64,000 nucleotides of DNA. Origin: Chloroflexota bacterium. Lineage in GTDB: Bacteria > Chloroflexota > UBA11872 > VXOZ01. Within the stretch, counting starts at the first letter, position 1. Every line of letters starts with the position of its first letter. Location of the stretch: assembly GCA_963663275.1 (NCBI GenBank), contig OY760183.1, forward strand, positions 1,376,001-1,440,000, in the 5' to 3' direction. Both the position numbers and the translations under genes were made by a program. Shown piece after piece: positions 28,536 through 37,778 of this stretch. The notes beneath the pieces were generated by a model. The model did no database searches and was not told where the DNA came from. It saw only the letters and a program-made list of their open reading frames with translations.

Positions 28536-29285
28536 TCACTGAGTCGGCTTGCGCCCAACGACAAGCAAGCGGTCGGCTGCAAGATCGTAGGGTGCCCCGT
28601 CCATGCTGCCGTAGAGCCGCACGTCTCGAAAGCCGGCGGCGGCAAAACGGTCTTTGAGTTCCTGGCCGGAGTAGACCGTGTGGTGGATGGTGTAGACGCG
28701 CACGTCGTCGCCCCGGATGAGCGTCCACTCCATGCGCACGCGCGTCCAATCGTCGTAGACCCCGCGGCGGTCGATAATCACCGTGCCGTCCGGGTACTTG
28801 CGGGAACTCGCGGGCTTGAACCCGCGCGCCAGCAGTTCCTTGCCCACCACGTCCATCACCAGCGCGCCGCCCGGCCGCAGGCTGGCGTAGACGTTGCGCA
28901 ACACCGCTATGTCTTCATCTTTGTCGTCGAAATAGCCGAACGACGTGAACATGCTGAGGGCCAGGTCGAACGCGCCGGGCCGTACAAACGAACGCATGTC
29001 GTCTCGCACCCACTCTACGTGCGCGTTCTCCGCGGCTGCTCGTTCCCTTGCTTGAGCGAGAAAGAACGCCGTCCGGTCTACGCCGGTGACGCGAAAGCCG
29101 CGCCGGGCAAGGGGAATGGCGAAACGGCCCGGCCCGCAACAAAGGTCGAGAACCGACCGCGGCCTTGTACCCACCAACGCCAGTAGCGGTTCAACCTCGG
29201 CCTCAGCGGCGGCAGTTCTCGATGGAGAGAACATGTATGGGTACGTCTCAACCCAGAGAGATTCGTCTTCGAACCATTGCGTCAT
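28536..29285 (-). CDS. Class I SAM-dependent methyltransferase
   Basis: VLDLCCGPGR, VTGVD, DMR, FTSFGYF motifs. Confidence 0.9.
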   Translation of the reverse strand: MTQWFEDESLWVETYPYMFSPSRTAAAEAEVEPLLALVGTRPRSVLDLCCGPGRFAIPLARRGFRVTGVDRTAFFLAQARERAAAENAHVEWVRDDMRSFVRPGAFDLALSMFTSFGYFDDKDEDIAVLRNVYASLRPGGALVMDVVGKELLARGFKPASSRKYPDGTVIIDRRGVYDDWTRVRMEWTLIRGDDVRVYTIHHTVYSGQELKDRFAAAGFRDVRLYGSMDGAPYDLAADRLLVVGRKPTQ

Positions 29286-29329
29286 GGTGTCCCGCCGGTA
29301 TTGGTGACTGCCTTGCCAAGGATAGTGTT

Positions 29330-29630
29330 TAGGTCGCGCGCCAGGAGGCGGGGGACGGCCCCAATGCTGTCGCGTAAAAGTAGCGCGGGGGCTTGTCCCC
29401 CGCCGGAGCAAGCAAAATGAGAACGGAATGGATTTACCCTACGGAAGACGCAGGTTTGTAACCTGCGCTACCGGAGAAACGAGCGTAGTTTTCATTCTCA
29501 TCGCGTTTAATGCGACAACATTAGGGGACGGCCCCCGCGCTACGGTAGCTTAGGTCGCGTGGCCAGGAGCGGGGGACAAGCCCCCGCGCTACGTTAGCAA
29601 GTTCTTTGGGAACAAGCCATCGCGCTACGT
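29330..29630. repeat. REP cluster containing a MITE-like insertion (29363-29523)
   Basis: GCGGGGGACAAGCCCCCGCGCTAC and CGCAGGTTTGTAACCTGCGCTAC units; imperfect TIR AATGCTGTCGC/GCGACAACATT; flanking GGGGACGGCCCC repeats. Confidence 0.7.
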
Positions 29631-29812
29631 CTCAGCTATAGCTGAGTGGAACAGGATGATGGTATTGAAGAGCGTACGCTCCAGGTTCCACGAACCCTGC
29701 TCGCCGCTGCATCCGGAATGACATGCTGTAGGCAGTGCCCCGCCTGAGCCTTCTCAAATCCCCAAAGAGTCTATGGTGAAGCGTACCAAATCCAATCCGA
29801 GTTGAAGCATTC

Positions 29813-30691
29813 CTACTCGGCCTTGTCGTGCAAAGTCTCCACCTGGTCGCGGGCGTGGTAGGAGGAGCGGACGAGGGGGCCGGATTCGACGTGGCGGATG
29901 CCGAGGGATTCGCCGATTTCTTTCAGTTCGGCGAACTCTGCCGGGCGGTAGTAGCGTTCCAGTTTCTGGTGTTTCTTGGAGGGGCGCAGGTACTGGCCGA
30001 TGGTGAAGATGTCCACGCCGGTGGCGGCCATGTCGGTGAGGGTTTGCAGGATTTCGTCCCAGGTCTCGCCCAGGCCGAGCATCATGCCGGACTTGGTGAG
30101 GATTTCCGGGTCGAGTTGCTTGGCAGTGCGGAGCACCCAGTGGCTGCGCTCGTAGCGGGCTTTGGGGCGCACGCGGCGTTGCAGGCGGGGAACGGTCTCC
30201 ACGTTGTGGTTGAGGATCTCCGGCTTGGCGGCCACCACCTCTTTGAGCGCGTCGTGCCGGCCGGCCAGGTCGGGAATGAGCACCTCGATGGAGCAGTCCG
30301 GGTTGAGGTCACGCACCTTGCGGATCGTCTCGGCAAAGATCTGCGCGCCGCCGTCTTCCAGGTCGTCGCGGGCCACGGAGGTAATCACCGCGTGGCGCAA
30401 TCCCATCTGCTTCACGGCCCAGGCCACGCGGATGGGTTCGATCTTGTCCAGACCGGCGGGTCGTCCGCTCTTCACCGCGCAGAAGCTACACGCGCGGGTG
30501 CAGGTATCGCCCAGAATCATGAAGGTGGCGGTGCGCGCGTTCCAACACTCGCTGATGTTCGGACAGCGCGCCTCTTCGCAGACTGTGTGCAGGTCCATGC
30601 CGCGCATGATCTGCTTCAGTTCGCGGTACTGGTCGCCCTCTTTCCAACGGACGCGGATCCAGTCGGGCTTGCGTTCCAGGGTCGTGGCCAT
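29813..30691 (-). CDS. lipA: Lipoyl synthase
   Basis: [24 protein letters not shown] motifs. Confidence 0.97.
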   Translation of the reverse strand: MATTLERKPDWIRVRWKEGDQYRELKQIMRGMDLHTVCEEARCPNISECWNARTATFMILGDTCTRACSFCAVKSGRPAGLDKIEPIRVAWAVKQMGLRHAVITSVARDDLEDGGAQIFAETIRKVRDLNPDCSIEVLIPDLAGRHDALKEVVAAKPEILNHNVETVPRLQRRVRPKARYERSHWVLRTAKQLDPEILTKSGMMLGLGETWDEILQTLTDMAATGVDIFTIGQYLRPSKKHQKLERYYRPAEFAELKEIGESLGIRHVESGPLVRSSYHARDQVETLHDKAE

Positions 30692-30934
30692 GGGGTTCGT
30701 TCTTTGCGGGTTGCGCGCTGCGCTTATCGAAAACTCTCACTCAGAATAGCACGATCGGCTTGCGCGCGCCTGTAGACAATGCCGCTCAGGCACTTGATCA
30801 TTGAACACTGGATGTCTGTGCTACTGCCCCCTCACCCGTCCGCCACGTGTCCCCACCCACCGTCCGTATCTTGACCAAACGAGTGAATTGCCCTATATTT
30901 CAACCTAAGTCGAAAGGGACAAGGAGTCCGTGCA

Positions 30935-31234
30935 ATGCCTACTGCAAAGAGATTTTGCGTTCATTGTATCCTTGGTTCGATCTGCACGTTTTCGCTTGGC
31001 TTTAGTCTGATGGTTTTCTTAACCTTGTTGGCTTGGAAAGCTGGATGGGGCCCATTCACGGTTGCGCTAGGGCCGCTTGAGCTGATGGAATACCAGACCG
31101 GCGGCTCAACCAAGTTCGCATTCGAGTTCGGGAATGACTTCTTGCTTCTCGCGGCACTGGGCGGCCTAATCTACGGGCTTGGCGCGCGTCGACTTGCAAG
31201 ACATTTCAGCTTGTTGCGAAGGGCGCTAAGCTAG
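30935..31234 (+). CDS. Small membrane hypothetical protein
   Basis: AAGGAG RBS; two hydrophobic segments; lower GC. Confidence 0.6.
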   Translation: MPTAKRFCVHCILGSICTFSLGFSLMVFLTLLAWKAGWGPFTVALGPLELMEYQTGGSTKFAFEFGNDFLLLAALGGLIYGLGARRLARHFSLLRRALS

Positions 31235-31407
31235 CCGTTCTTTCCCTGGGTCGCGTACACGCGCGCGAGAATGTGGCGCGGCGAGCCCTGCCGTTCCTCA
31301 CTCAAAACTGCGGCGGACAGCCAGTCTCGCACTCTCTACGGAACCGATGTCCAAGCGCGCTGTGGAGATGGATTCCAACTTACGCCGGAGTGACGGCGTC
31401 GGAGCGG

Positions 31408-31435
31408 GTAGGGGCACGACATGTCGTGCCCCTAC
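31408..31435. repeat. GTAG REP palindrome
   Basis: gtaggggcacgacatgtcgtgcccctac, identical to the copy near 61896. Confidence 0.8.
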
Positions 31436-31446
31436 CCGCCGCTGGA

Positions 31447-32217
31447 CTAGGCGGGCCGGGCAATGAAGATCATCTTCTCCTCGATGCCCGTAAACGGCTC
31501 GGCCTCGTAGGAACCGAAGACGTTTTCCACGGCAAAGCGGCACTCCGCCAGCCGCGCCTCCATCTCATAGCGGTACGTGTAGCGCACCGGGAACGTGGAG
31601 ACAATCCGCCGAATGCTGCCGTCGGTCTGCAGGTGGTCGTAGAGGTAGGTCGTCCGCACCACCTGCGTCTCACGGTCCACTTCCCACATCTCGAACTGCT
31701 GGATGGGCACGCCGGTCAAGGGATCCGCCAGCACGTTGCGCAGCGTCACCATGCGATCGCGCAGGCCGTACTCCTGGGTGAGCGGATTGAAGAGGTCGAG
31801 CGCCAGCAGGCCGTCGGGATGCAACATGCGGCGGGCGGCCTCCAGCGCCTGGGATTGCTGGAGCGGCGTGGCGAGGTGCGCAAAGGCGTTGAGGGCCGAA
31901 AACACGAGCCGCGCTTGCCCGGAGACAGGAAGCGCGGCGGACTCCATGGATTGCCGCAACAGCCGGAACTGGGCGGCGGGGACGTCGTGGGCCTGGAACC
32001 GCTCGGACGCCCGCTCCAGCATGGCCTGGGAGGTGTCGATGCCGGTCACGTCGTAGCCGCGCTGCGCCAGCGGAGCCAAGGCGCGGGCCGTGCCGCAGCC
32101 AAGCTCGACGATAGGGCCGCCCGTCCGCGCCGCCAGGCTATGCCAGAAGGCGGCATCCTCATCCCAGTCGTCGTATTCCAGATCGTAGAGGCGGGCGAGG
32201 TCGTCTGTCTCGAGCAT
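31447..32217 (-). CDS. Class I SAM-dependent methyltransferase
   Basis: VELGCGT, VTGIDTS motifs. Confidence 0.88.
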   Translation of the reverse strand: MLETDDLARLYDLEYDDWDEDAAFWHSLAARTGGPIVELGCGTARALAPLAQRGYDVTGIDTSQAMLERASERFQAHDVPAAQFRLLRQSMESAALPVSGQARLVFSALNAFAHLATPLQQSQALEAARRMLHPDGLLALDLFNPLTQEYGLRDRMVTLRNVLADPLTGVPIQQFEMWEVDRETQVVRTTYLYDHLQTDGSIRRIVSTFPVRYTYRYEMEARLAECRFAVENVFGSYEAEPFTGIEEKMIFIARPA

Positions 32218-32266
32218 AGTGAACCGTTGCTGAATTCGCTGCGGACGCGCCGCCGCGCGGCGCCGC

Positions 32267-32881
32267 CTACTTGCGCGCCAGGAAGAGCGATTCCACCACG
32301 GCGGCGAGCGCGGAGATGAGAATGAACATCGTCATGTTCCAACTGCCCACCAGCAGCAGGCTCAGATTGGCGACCAGAAAGCTCGCCAGCAGAAAGGAGT
32401 GGCCGGCCACCAGCACGGGATTGCCCTGCACCAACCGCGAGGGCGCGAACCACGAGAAGATGCGGTGCATGACCGGCAGGCTGGTGACGAAGATGGCGCC
32501 GAAGACCGCGGCCAGAAAGAGCACGCGGCTGCCGCTCTGCGCCGGATCCTGGGTAACCATCACCCACGTCAGGGCGAGCCAACTTGCGCCGATCAGGGCC
32601 AGCATGATGACTGCCCGCACCAGCCACGCCGGCACGAACCGGCGCAACGAGAAAGCTCTCCTGGGCCGTGGGGTGCGCCGCGGGCGGGGGCGCCTGGCGG
32701 GAGCGGCCGCGGGCGCCGCTTCCGGGGCGGTCGCGTTCGTCAAAGTCGCCGCGGCGTTCAGCGAGGACTTGGAAGTAAGGAGCGGCTCGATGCGCGGTGA
32801 AGCCGGCGGCCTTGCCGTTGAGGGAACTGCCCGGCGCAGGCGCGCGCGCCGCGACTGACGCTGCTCTACCAAAGAAGACAT
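32267..32881 (-). CDS. Hypothetical membrane protein
   Basis: Basic low-complexity N-terminus plus four TM-like segments. Confidence 0.7.
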   Translation of the reverse strand: MSSLVEQRQSRRARLRRAVPSTARPPASPRIEPLLTSKSSLNAAATLTNATAPEAAPAAAPARRPRPRRTPRPRRAFSLRRFVPAWLVRAVIMLALIGASWLALTWVMVTQDPAQSGSRVLFLAAVFGAIFVTSLPVMHRIFSWFAPSRLVQGNPVLVAGHSFLLASFLVANLSLLLVGSWNMTMFILISALAAVVESLFLARK

Positions 32882-33055
32882 GCTTATCCTTGGGTTAGCG
32901 GTAGGCTAGCGGGGTGGATTCATACTAGCATACGGCGGCGCGCCCGGCAAGGAATGGGGCGCTCTTCCCTCGTGAATTACCGCGCTGTTGACCGCTCCCG
33001 CGCCGCGCCCTATCATCAAGCAAGAGTAATTCGTCAGCCCGGGCAAGTGAGGAAC

Positions 33056-33679
33056 ATGGCAGGACTCCCCACGGTACCCAACTACTTTCGCTACTGTCCC
33101 CGCTGCGGGCAGGCGCTCTCGCTGCGGCCGGAAGGCGGGCGGCAGCGCGCCTCCTGCGGGGCGTGCGGCTTCATCCACTTCAGCACCTTCTCGCTGGGCG
33201 TGGGCGGCATCGTGGTGCGCGACAACAAGGTGCTCTTCATCCGGCGCGGCCAGGATCCCGGCAAGGGCCGCTGGACAATTCCCGGCGGCTACGTGGAGCA
33301 GGACGAACCGTTCGAGGAAGCGGTGGTGCGCGAGGTCTTGGAGGAAACCGGCGTCCGCAGCGAGGTGATCGGCCTGCTGGCCGCCCGCAATAGCCTTCAC
33401 GAGCGCGATAGCAACGTCTATATCGTGTTTGCGCTGAAAGACCTGGGGGGAGGGCCGGAGTGCGACGGGGTGGAGGTCGACCGCGCCGAGTTCCTGGCTG
33501 CCCACGAATACGAGGCGCTGGCGGAACTTGCGCCGGTAAGCAAGTACTTCGCCCAAATGGCGCTGGAGACCCCGGCGGCGCCGCTAACCGCTTCGGCGTT
33601 CGCGGGCCAGACCAGCGGCTACGCCTACTCGATGTTCGACATCGCCGGATTCGATCCCCACGCGCTGGACCTGGATTGA
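33056..33679 (+). CDS. NUDIX hydrolase with N-terminal zinc ribbon
   Basis: CPRCG...CGACG; GGYVEQDEPFEEAVVREVLEETG Nudix box. Confidence 0.92.
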   Translation: MAGLPTVPNYFRYCPRCGQALSLRPEGGRQRASCGACGFIHFSTFSLGVGGIVVRDNKVLFIRRGQDPGKGRWTIPGGYVEQDEPFEEAVVREVLEETGVRSEVIGLLAARNSLHERDSNVYIVFALKDLGGGPECDGVEVDRAEFLAAHEYEALAELAPVSKYFAQMALETPAAPLTASAFAGQTSGYAYSMFDIAGFDPHALDLD

Positions 33680-33758
33680 GCGGGGCCTGCCGCTGAGCGG
33701 GGTCTGTCGCGCCAACTGCGCACAGGCCTGTAGGGAACGCCCCGTCTGCAAAGCCGGA

Positions 33759-34514
33759 CTAGCCCTGATCGAGAAGTTGCGCTCTCAAGCGGGCAAGTTC
33801 GGCTTCGGCTTCGAGGCGCGCTTGGCGTTCGGTTTCAACACGGGCTTCGGCGTCGAGACGTGCCTGCGCCTGGGCTTCCGCGCGGGCCTCGGCCGCTTCG
33901 CGTTTGCCTATCGTCCTGCCGGTCGCGGGGTCGAGCGCGTCGAACTCCCGGCCGTCCCAGGAGAACACCACGTCCAGCAACGCGCTGTACGCCCGCACGG
34001 TGCCTTCTGCCCCAATCTCCAACTCGTACGGGGCATATTTGCCGTCCACCAACCGGTCTCCTGCCAGCGGCTGGCCGTACAACGTGCCGCCTGTCGGGTC
34101 CATCCGCCAGTACTCCGCTATGCCCAACCGCTCGTAGAGCGCGCGCTTCACTCCCAGATCGCGCTCAGCGGTGCTCTTGGACGCCACCTCCAGCACGAAG
34201 TCCGGCGGCTTCCCAATCTCCCAGATCCAGTAGTTGGGCAGGTTCTCGTAGATCGCTTCCACGTCTACTCCGAACGCGATATAGCAGTCGGGAGCAATCC
34301 GCTGGTTGCCGTCTTCAGGATTGTAGAAGACGAAACCGCCGCTGGAGACGAACACGTCGGGCGCGTCCTCGTAGCGTTCGACGAGCAGATGCGTGATACG
34401 GCGAATGAACGGGTCTTGCAGCATGCCGTCCTCGATTGGCTCCGGGTCTTCATAGAAGATGTCCGGCAGCGTTCTTACTTTCCAGGCGTTGGTGATAGTT
34501 CCGGTTGTTGCCAT
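33759..34514 (-). CDS. Uma2 family endonuclease-fold protein
   Basis: APD, PPDFVLEVAS.ST, EYW motifs; C-terminal EARAEAE coiled coil. Confidence 0.88.
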   Translation of the reverse strand: MATTGTITNAWKVRTLPDIFYEDPEPIEDGMLQDPFIRRITHLLVERYEDAPDVFVSSGGFVFYNPEDGNQRIAPDCYIAFGVDVEAIYENLPNYWIWEIGKPPDFVLEVASKSTAERDLGVKRALYERLGIAEYWRMDPTGGTLYGQPLAGDRLVDGKYAPYELEIGAEGTVRAYSALLDVVFSWDGREFDALDPATGRTIGKREAAEARAEAQAQARLDAEARVETERQARLEAEAELARLRAQLLDQG

Positions 34515-34594
34515 TAGAGAACCTCCAGCATCGGGTCGTTTGGTCGGGAGCGCCGCTAGCCTCACTCTTGATTAATGTGCGCCGCCGCGCCTGA

Positions 34595-35188
34595 TTAGCC
34601 GGGGACAAGCCGGTCAACTTCCAGGATAGCGTCCGGTAACGCCTGCGGCGCAATGCTTGCGCCGGCCCCGGCATGACGCACTCTGGCGTATGCGTCGCCT
34701 TCCGGTTCGGTGTAGGCTTCGATACGGCGGTTCTGCCGCGTGATGATCCACACCTCCGGGATGCCGGCGCGGGCGTAGGCGGAGAGTTTGGCGCCGCGAT
34801 CGTAGTCAACGGTGGTGTCGGCAACCTCGATCAACAGCAGCACGTCAGCGGGGCCGGGATGTCCTCCCTGATAGAAGTCGTCCCGCCAGCGCAGCAGCAT
34901 CACGTCCGGCTGGGGCTCGCTGCGATCGTTCAAGCGCGTCGGGCCCTGGACGCTGACGATGGCCCGCCCCTGCAACGGGGGAACTATGGCATTGTTAAGT
35001 CGCAAAACGCTCGATGCGTGCCAGTCGCCAATAGGCGGCATAACGATGATGTCTCCCTCCAGCAGTTCAACCCGCTCGTTCTCGCCCAAGATGCCAACCT
35101 CGGCCAAGGCGTAGTACTCGGCCACCGTGAAGCGGCGGCGGGCCGGCGCTAACGCTGGAGGAGTGGAGGTTGTGGCTACAGCGGACAT
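34595..35188 (-). CDS. Uma2 family endonuclease-fold protein
   Basis: RRFTVAEY, SEPQPD, LLIEVAD, YARAGIPEVW motifs. Confidence 0.92.
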   Translation of the reverse strand: MSAVATTSTPPALAPARRRFTVAEYYALAEVGILGENERVELLEGDIIVMPPIGDWHASSVLRLNNAIVPPLQGRAIVSVQGPTRLNDRSEPQPDVMLLRWRDDFYQGGHPGPADVLLLIEVADTTVDYDRGAKLSAYARAGIPEVWIITRQNRRIEAYTEPEGDAYARVRHAGAGASIAPQALPDAILEVDRLVPG

Positions 35189-35340
35189 GGCAACGCTCCC
35201 AGCGGTAAGATACCTCTTCAGTCAAGCCAGAGCGCCAAGGTGAAACGAATGGAGCCGGTCTCTCCTCGACGCGCTTTCAATTGTACCAGTCCAACTTAGG
35301 CTGCAAAGGAAGCAGGCAAGTCCCAGGCCGCGCGCGCCGC

Positions 35341-37758
35341 TCAGTTTCCTCGTTGCGGACGGTCGGCGCGCACGTCGCGCTGTACGCCCACCACGCCGCC
35401 GACGCGCTCGATCTTGGCCATCAGGTCGGCCAATCTGCCCACGCCGGTGACTTCCACCGTGAACGTAATCGTCGCCGTGCCGCCGTCGGTGTGGACGTTG
35501 GCGGCGCTGATGTTGAACTTCTCTTCCGTCACAACGGCGCTGATGTCGCGCAGCAGACCGGGCCGGTCCATGCACTCGGCGCGCAGGCCGACCGGGTAGA
35601 GCGCCTGCCGCTTGCTGGCGCGCGACCAGGAGACGCCAACCTCCGTTCCGGGCGGCCCGGCCTGGCGCACGCGGCGGCAGTCGTTGCGGTGTACCTCCAC
35701 GTTGCCGTCCACGATGTAGCCCTTGATCTTGTCGCTGGCCTGGGGGCCGCAGCACTGCGCCAGATGGAGCGGCAGATTGCGGGCCTCGGGGGAGACGACC
35801 TGGTCGCCCCAATCCACCGGCACCAGGCGTTCTTTATCCTTCACGCTGTGCACGTTGCGGCAGTCCCGGCGGTGCACGGTAACGCCGCGTCCGCGGGTAA
35901 TGTAGCCGACGATGTGATCGCCGGGCAGCGGCTTGCAGCAGGTTGCCAGGCGGGTGAGCATGTTGCCCTCGCCCATCACCTGCACCGTGCCGGTGGTTCT
36001 ATCCGTGCGCGGTTCCGTGGGCAGGATTTCCGGCTCTACCGTTGCGGGCGCGGCCCGCTCGCCGGAGCGGCTCAGGTTTGCCACCACCTGCTGGGTGGAA
36101 ATGGCGCCGTAGCCAATGGCCGCAAACAGGTCCTCCGCCGTATTGAAGGTGAAGGACTTGCACAGCGTGCGGAAGCGCGCCTGATCGACGCTGTTCAGAT
36201 CTCCCTGGCCCAGCCGCCTGATTTCTTTGTCCAGCATCTCTTTGCCGCGGCCGACGTTCTCGGCGCGTTCCTGCTTCTTAAACCATTGGCGGATGCGCTC
36301 GCGGGTGTGGCTGCTCTTGACGACGTTGATCCAGTCGCGGCTGGGGCCTTTGGGCGCTTTGCTCACCTGGATGTCAACCACGTCGCCGTTCTGCAGTTCC
36401 GTATCCAGCGGCCTGATCTGGCCGTTAATCTTGGCGCCCAGGCAGCGGTGTCCCACGTCGGTATGGATGCGGTAGGCAAAGTCAATCGGCGTAGAGCCGG
36501 CCGGCAGGTCTTTCACGTCACCGCGAGGCGTAAAGACGAAGACCTGGTCCTCGAAGATGTCCGCCTTGACGGTCTCCACAAAGTCCCGCGCGCTGGAAAG
36601 CTCTTCCTGCCAGGTGAGCAACTGGCGCAGCCAGGCCAGGCGTTCCTCCACGTTGCCGCCGCGCTCGCCCTCTTTGTAGCGCCAATGAGCGGCCACGCCA
36701 AGCTCCGCTTCCTGGTGCATGTGCTGGGTGCGGAGTTGCACCTCCACCGGCTGGCCGCGCGGGCCAATCACGGCGGTATGCAGCGAGCGGTAGTTGTTCG
36801 ACTTGGGCACCGAAATGTAGTCGTCGAACTGGCCGGGTATCGGCTTCCACAGCGTATGCACCAGTCCCAGCGCGGCGTAGCACTGCTGCACGGTGCTGAC
36901 GACCACGCGCACGCCGATCAGGTCGTAGATTTCCTGGATGCCCACGCCTTTGCGCTGCATCTTGAACCAGGTGCTGGTGATGTGCTTCGGCCGGCCGCTC
37001 ACCTCGCCCTGGATGCCCGCGCGGTCGAGTTCGCGCATGAGGGTCTGCGACGCTTCCTGCAGCACGTCGTGCTGCGCCAGGGAGCTTTCGGCCAGGGTGG
37101 CTTCGATCTGCCGATAGTCATCCGGATGGAGTACCGCGAAGGCGGCGTCCTCCAACTGCCACTTCCACTGCCCCATGCCCAGTTGGTTTGCCAGCGGCGC
37201 GTAGATTTCCAGGGTTTCCTGGGCCTTGCGGCGCTGGCGCTCCGGTTTCACGTAGGCCAGGGTGCGCATGTTGTGCAGGCGGTCCGCCAGCTTGACGATC
37301 ACCACCCGAATGTCCCGGGCCATGGCCAGGAACATCTTGCGCAGGTTTTCGGCCTGGGTATCCTCCAGGTTGAGGAAGTCGAGTTGGGTCAGCTTGGTGA
37401 CGCCGTCCACCAGCAGCGCCACGTCGTCGCCGAACTGGGCGCGAATGTCGTCCAGCGTGACGTCGGTATCTTCAACGCAGTCGTGGAGCAAGCCGGCGCA
37501 GATCGTGCTGGCGTCCATGCGGATTTCGGCCAGCAGGAGGGCGGTGCAGAGCGGATGCTGGGCAAAGGGCACGCCGGACTTGCGCATCTGGCCGGCGTGG
37601 GCGCGGGCGGCGAACGCATAGGCCTGGCGGATGCTGTCGCGCTCCCGCTTGCGCGCCGCCGGCTGCTCGCCGGCATAGGCGGCTACGGCCGCGAGCAGTT
37701 CGTCGACCGTGTGCAAGCGCGTCTCCGGGAGTGACGCGGCAGTGTGGGCGAGCGCCAT
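35341..37758 (-). CDS. relA: Bifunctional (p)ppGpp synthetase/hydrolase (long RSH, Rel)
   Basis: HDCVED hydrolase; GRPKH, YRSLHT, EVQLRT synthetase; TGS (DFAYRIHTDVG); ACT (DRPGLLRDI). Confidence 0.95.
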   Translation of the reverse strand: MALAHTAASLPETRLHTVDELLAAVAAYAGEQPAARKRERDSIRQAYAFAARAHAGQMRKSGVPFAQHPLCTALLLAEIRMDASTICAGLLHDCVEDTDVTLDDIRAQFGDDVALLVDGVTKLTQLDFLNLEDTQAENLRKMFLAMARDIRVVIVKLADRLHNMRTLAYVKPERQRRKAQETLEIYAPLANQLGMGQWKWQLEDAAFAVLHPDDYRQIEATLAESSLAQHDVLQEASQTLMRELDRAGIQGEVSGRPKHITSTWFKMQRKGVGIQEIYDLIGVRVVVSTVQQCYAALGLVHTLWKPIPGQFDDYISVPKSNNYRSLHTAVIGPRGQPVEVQLRTQHMHQEAELGVAAHWRYKEGERGGNVEERLAWLRQLLTWQEELSSARDFVETVKADIFEDQVFVFTPRGDVKDLPAGSTPIDFAYRIHTDVGHRCLGAKINGQIRPLDTELQNGDVVDIQVSKAPKGPSRDWINVVKSSHTRERIRQWFKKQERAENVGRGKEMLDKEIRRLGQGDLNSVDQARFRTLCKSFTFNTAEDLFAAIGYGAISTQQVVANLSRSGERAAPATVEPEILPTEPRTDRTTGTVQVMGEGNMLTRLATCCKPLPGDHIVGYITRGRGVTVHRRDCRNVHSVKDKERLVPVDWGDQVVSPEARNLPLHLAQCCGPQASDKIKGYIVDGNVEVHRNDCRRVRQAGPPGTEVGVSWSRASKRQALYPVGLRAECMDRPGLLRDISAVVTEEKFNISAANVHTDGGTATITFTVEVTGVGRLADLMAKIERVGGVVGVQRDVRADRPQRGN

Positions 37759-37778
37759 GGGAAGAGCCTTGCGTTCTC

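Noticed and set aside
33759-35188. Tandem Uma2 genes as a restriction/defence system
   Set aside because: Commonly expanded family; no cognate DNA methylase or other defence partner adjacent
35281-37734. Long antisense ORFs (here and e.g. 7659-9338, 14808-16454, 39886-41370, 60336-61856)
   Set aside because: Shadow frames of high-GC genes on the opposite strand, with no protein motifs
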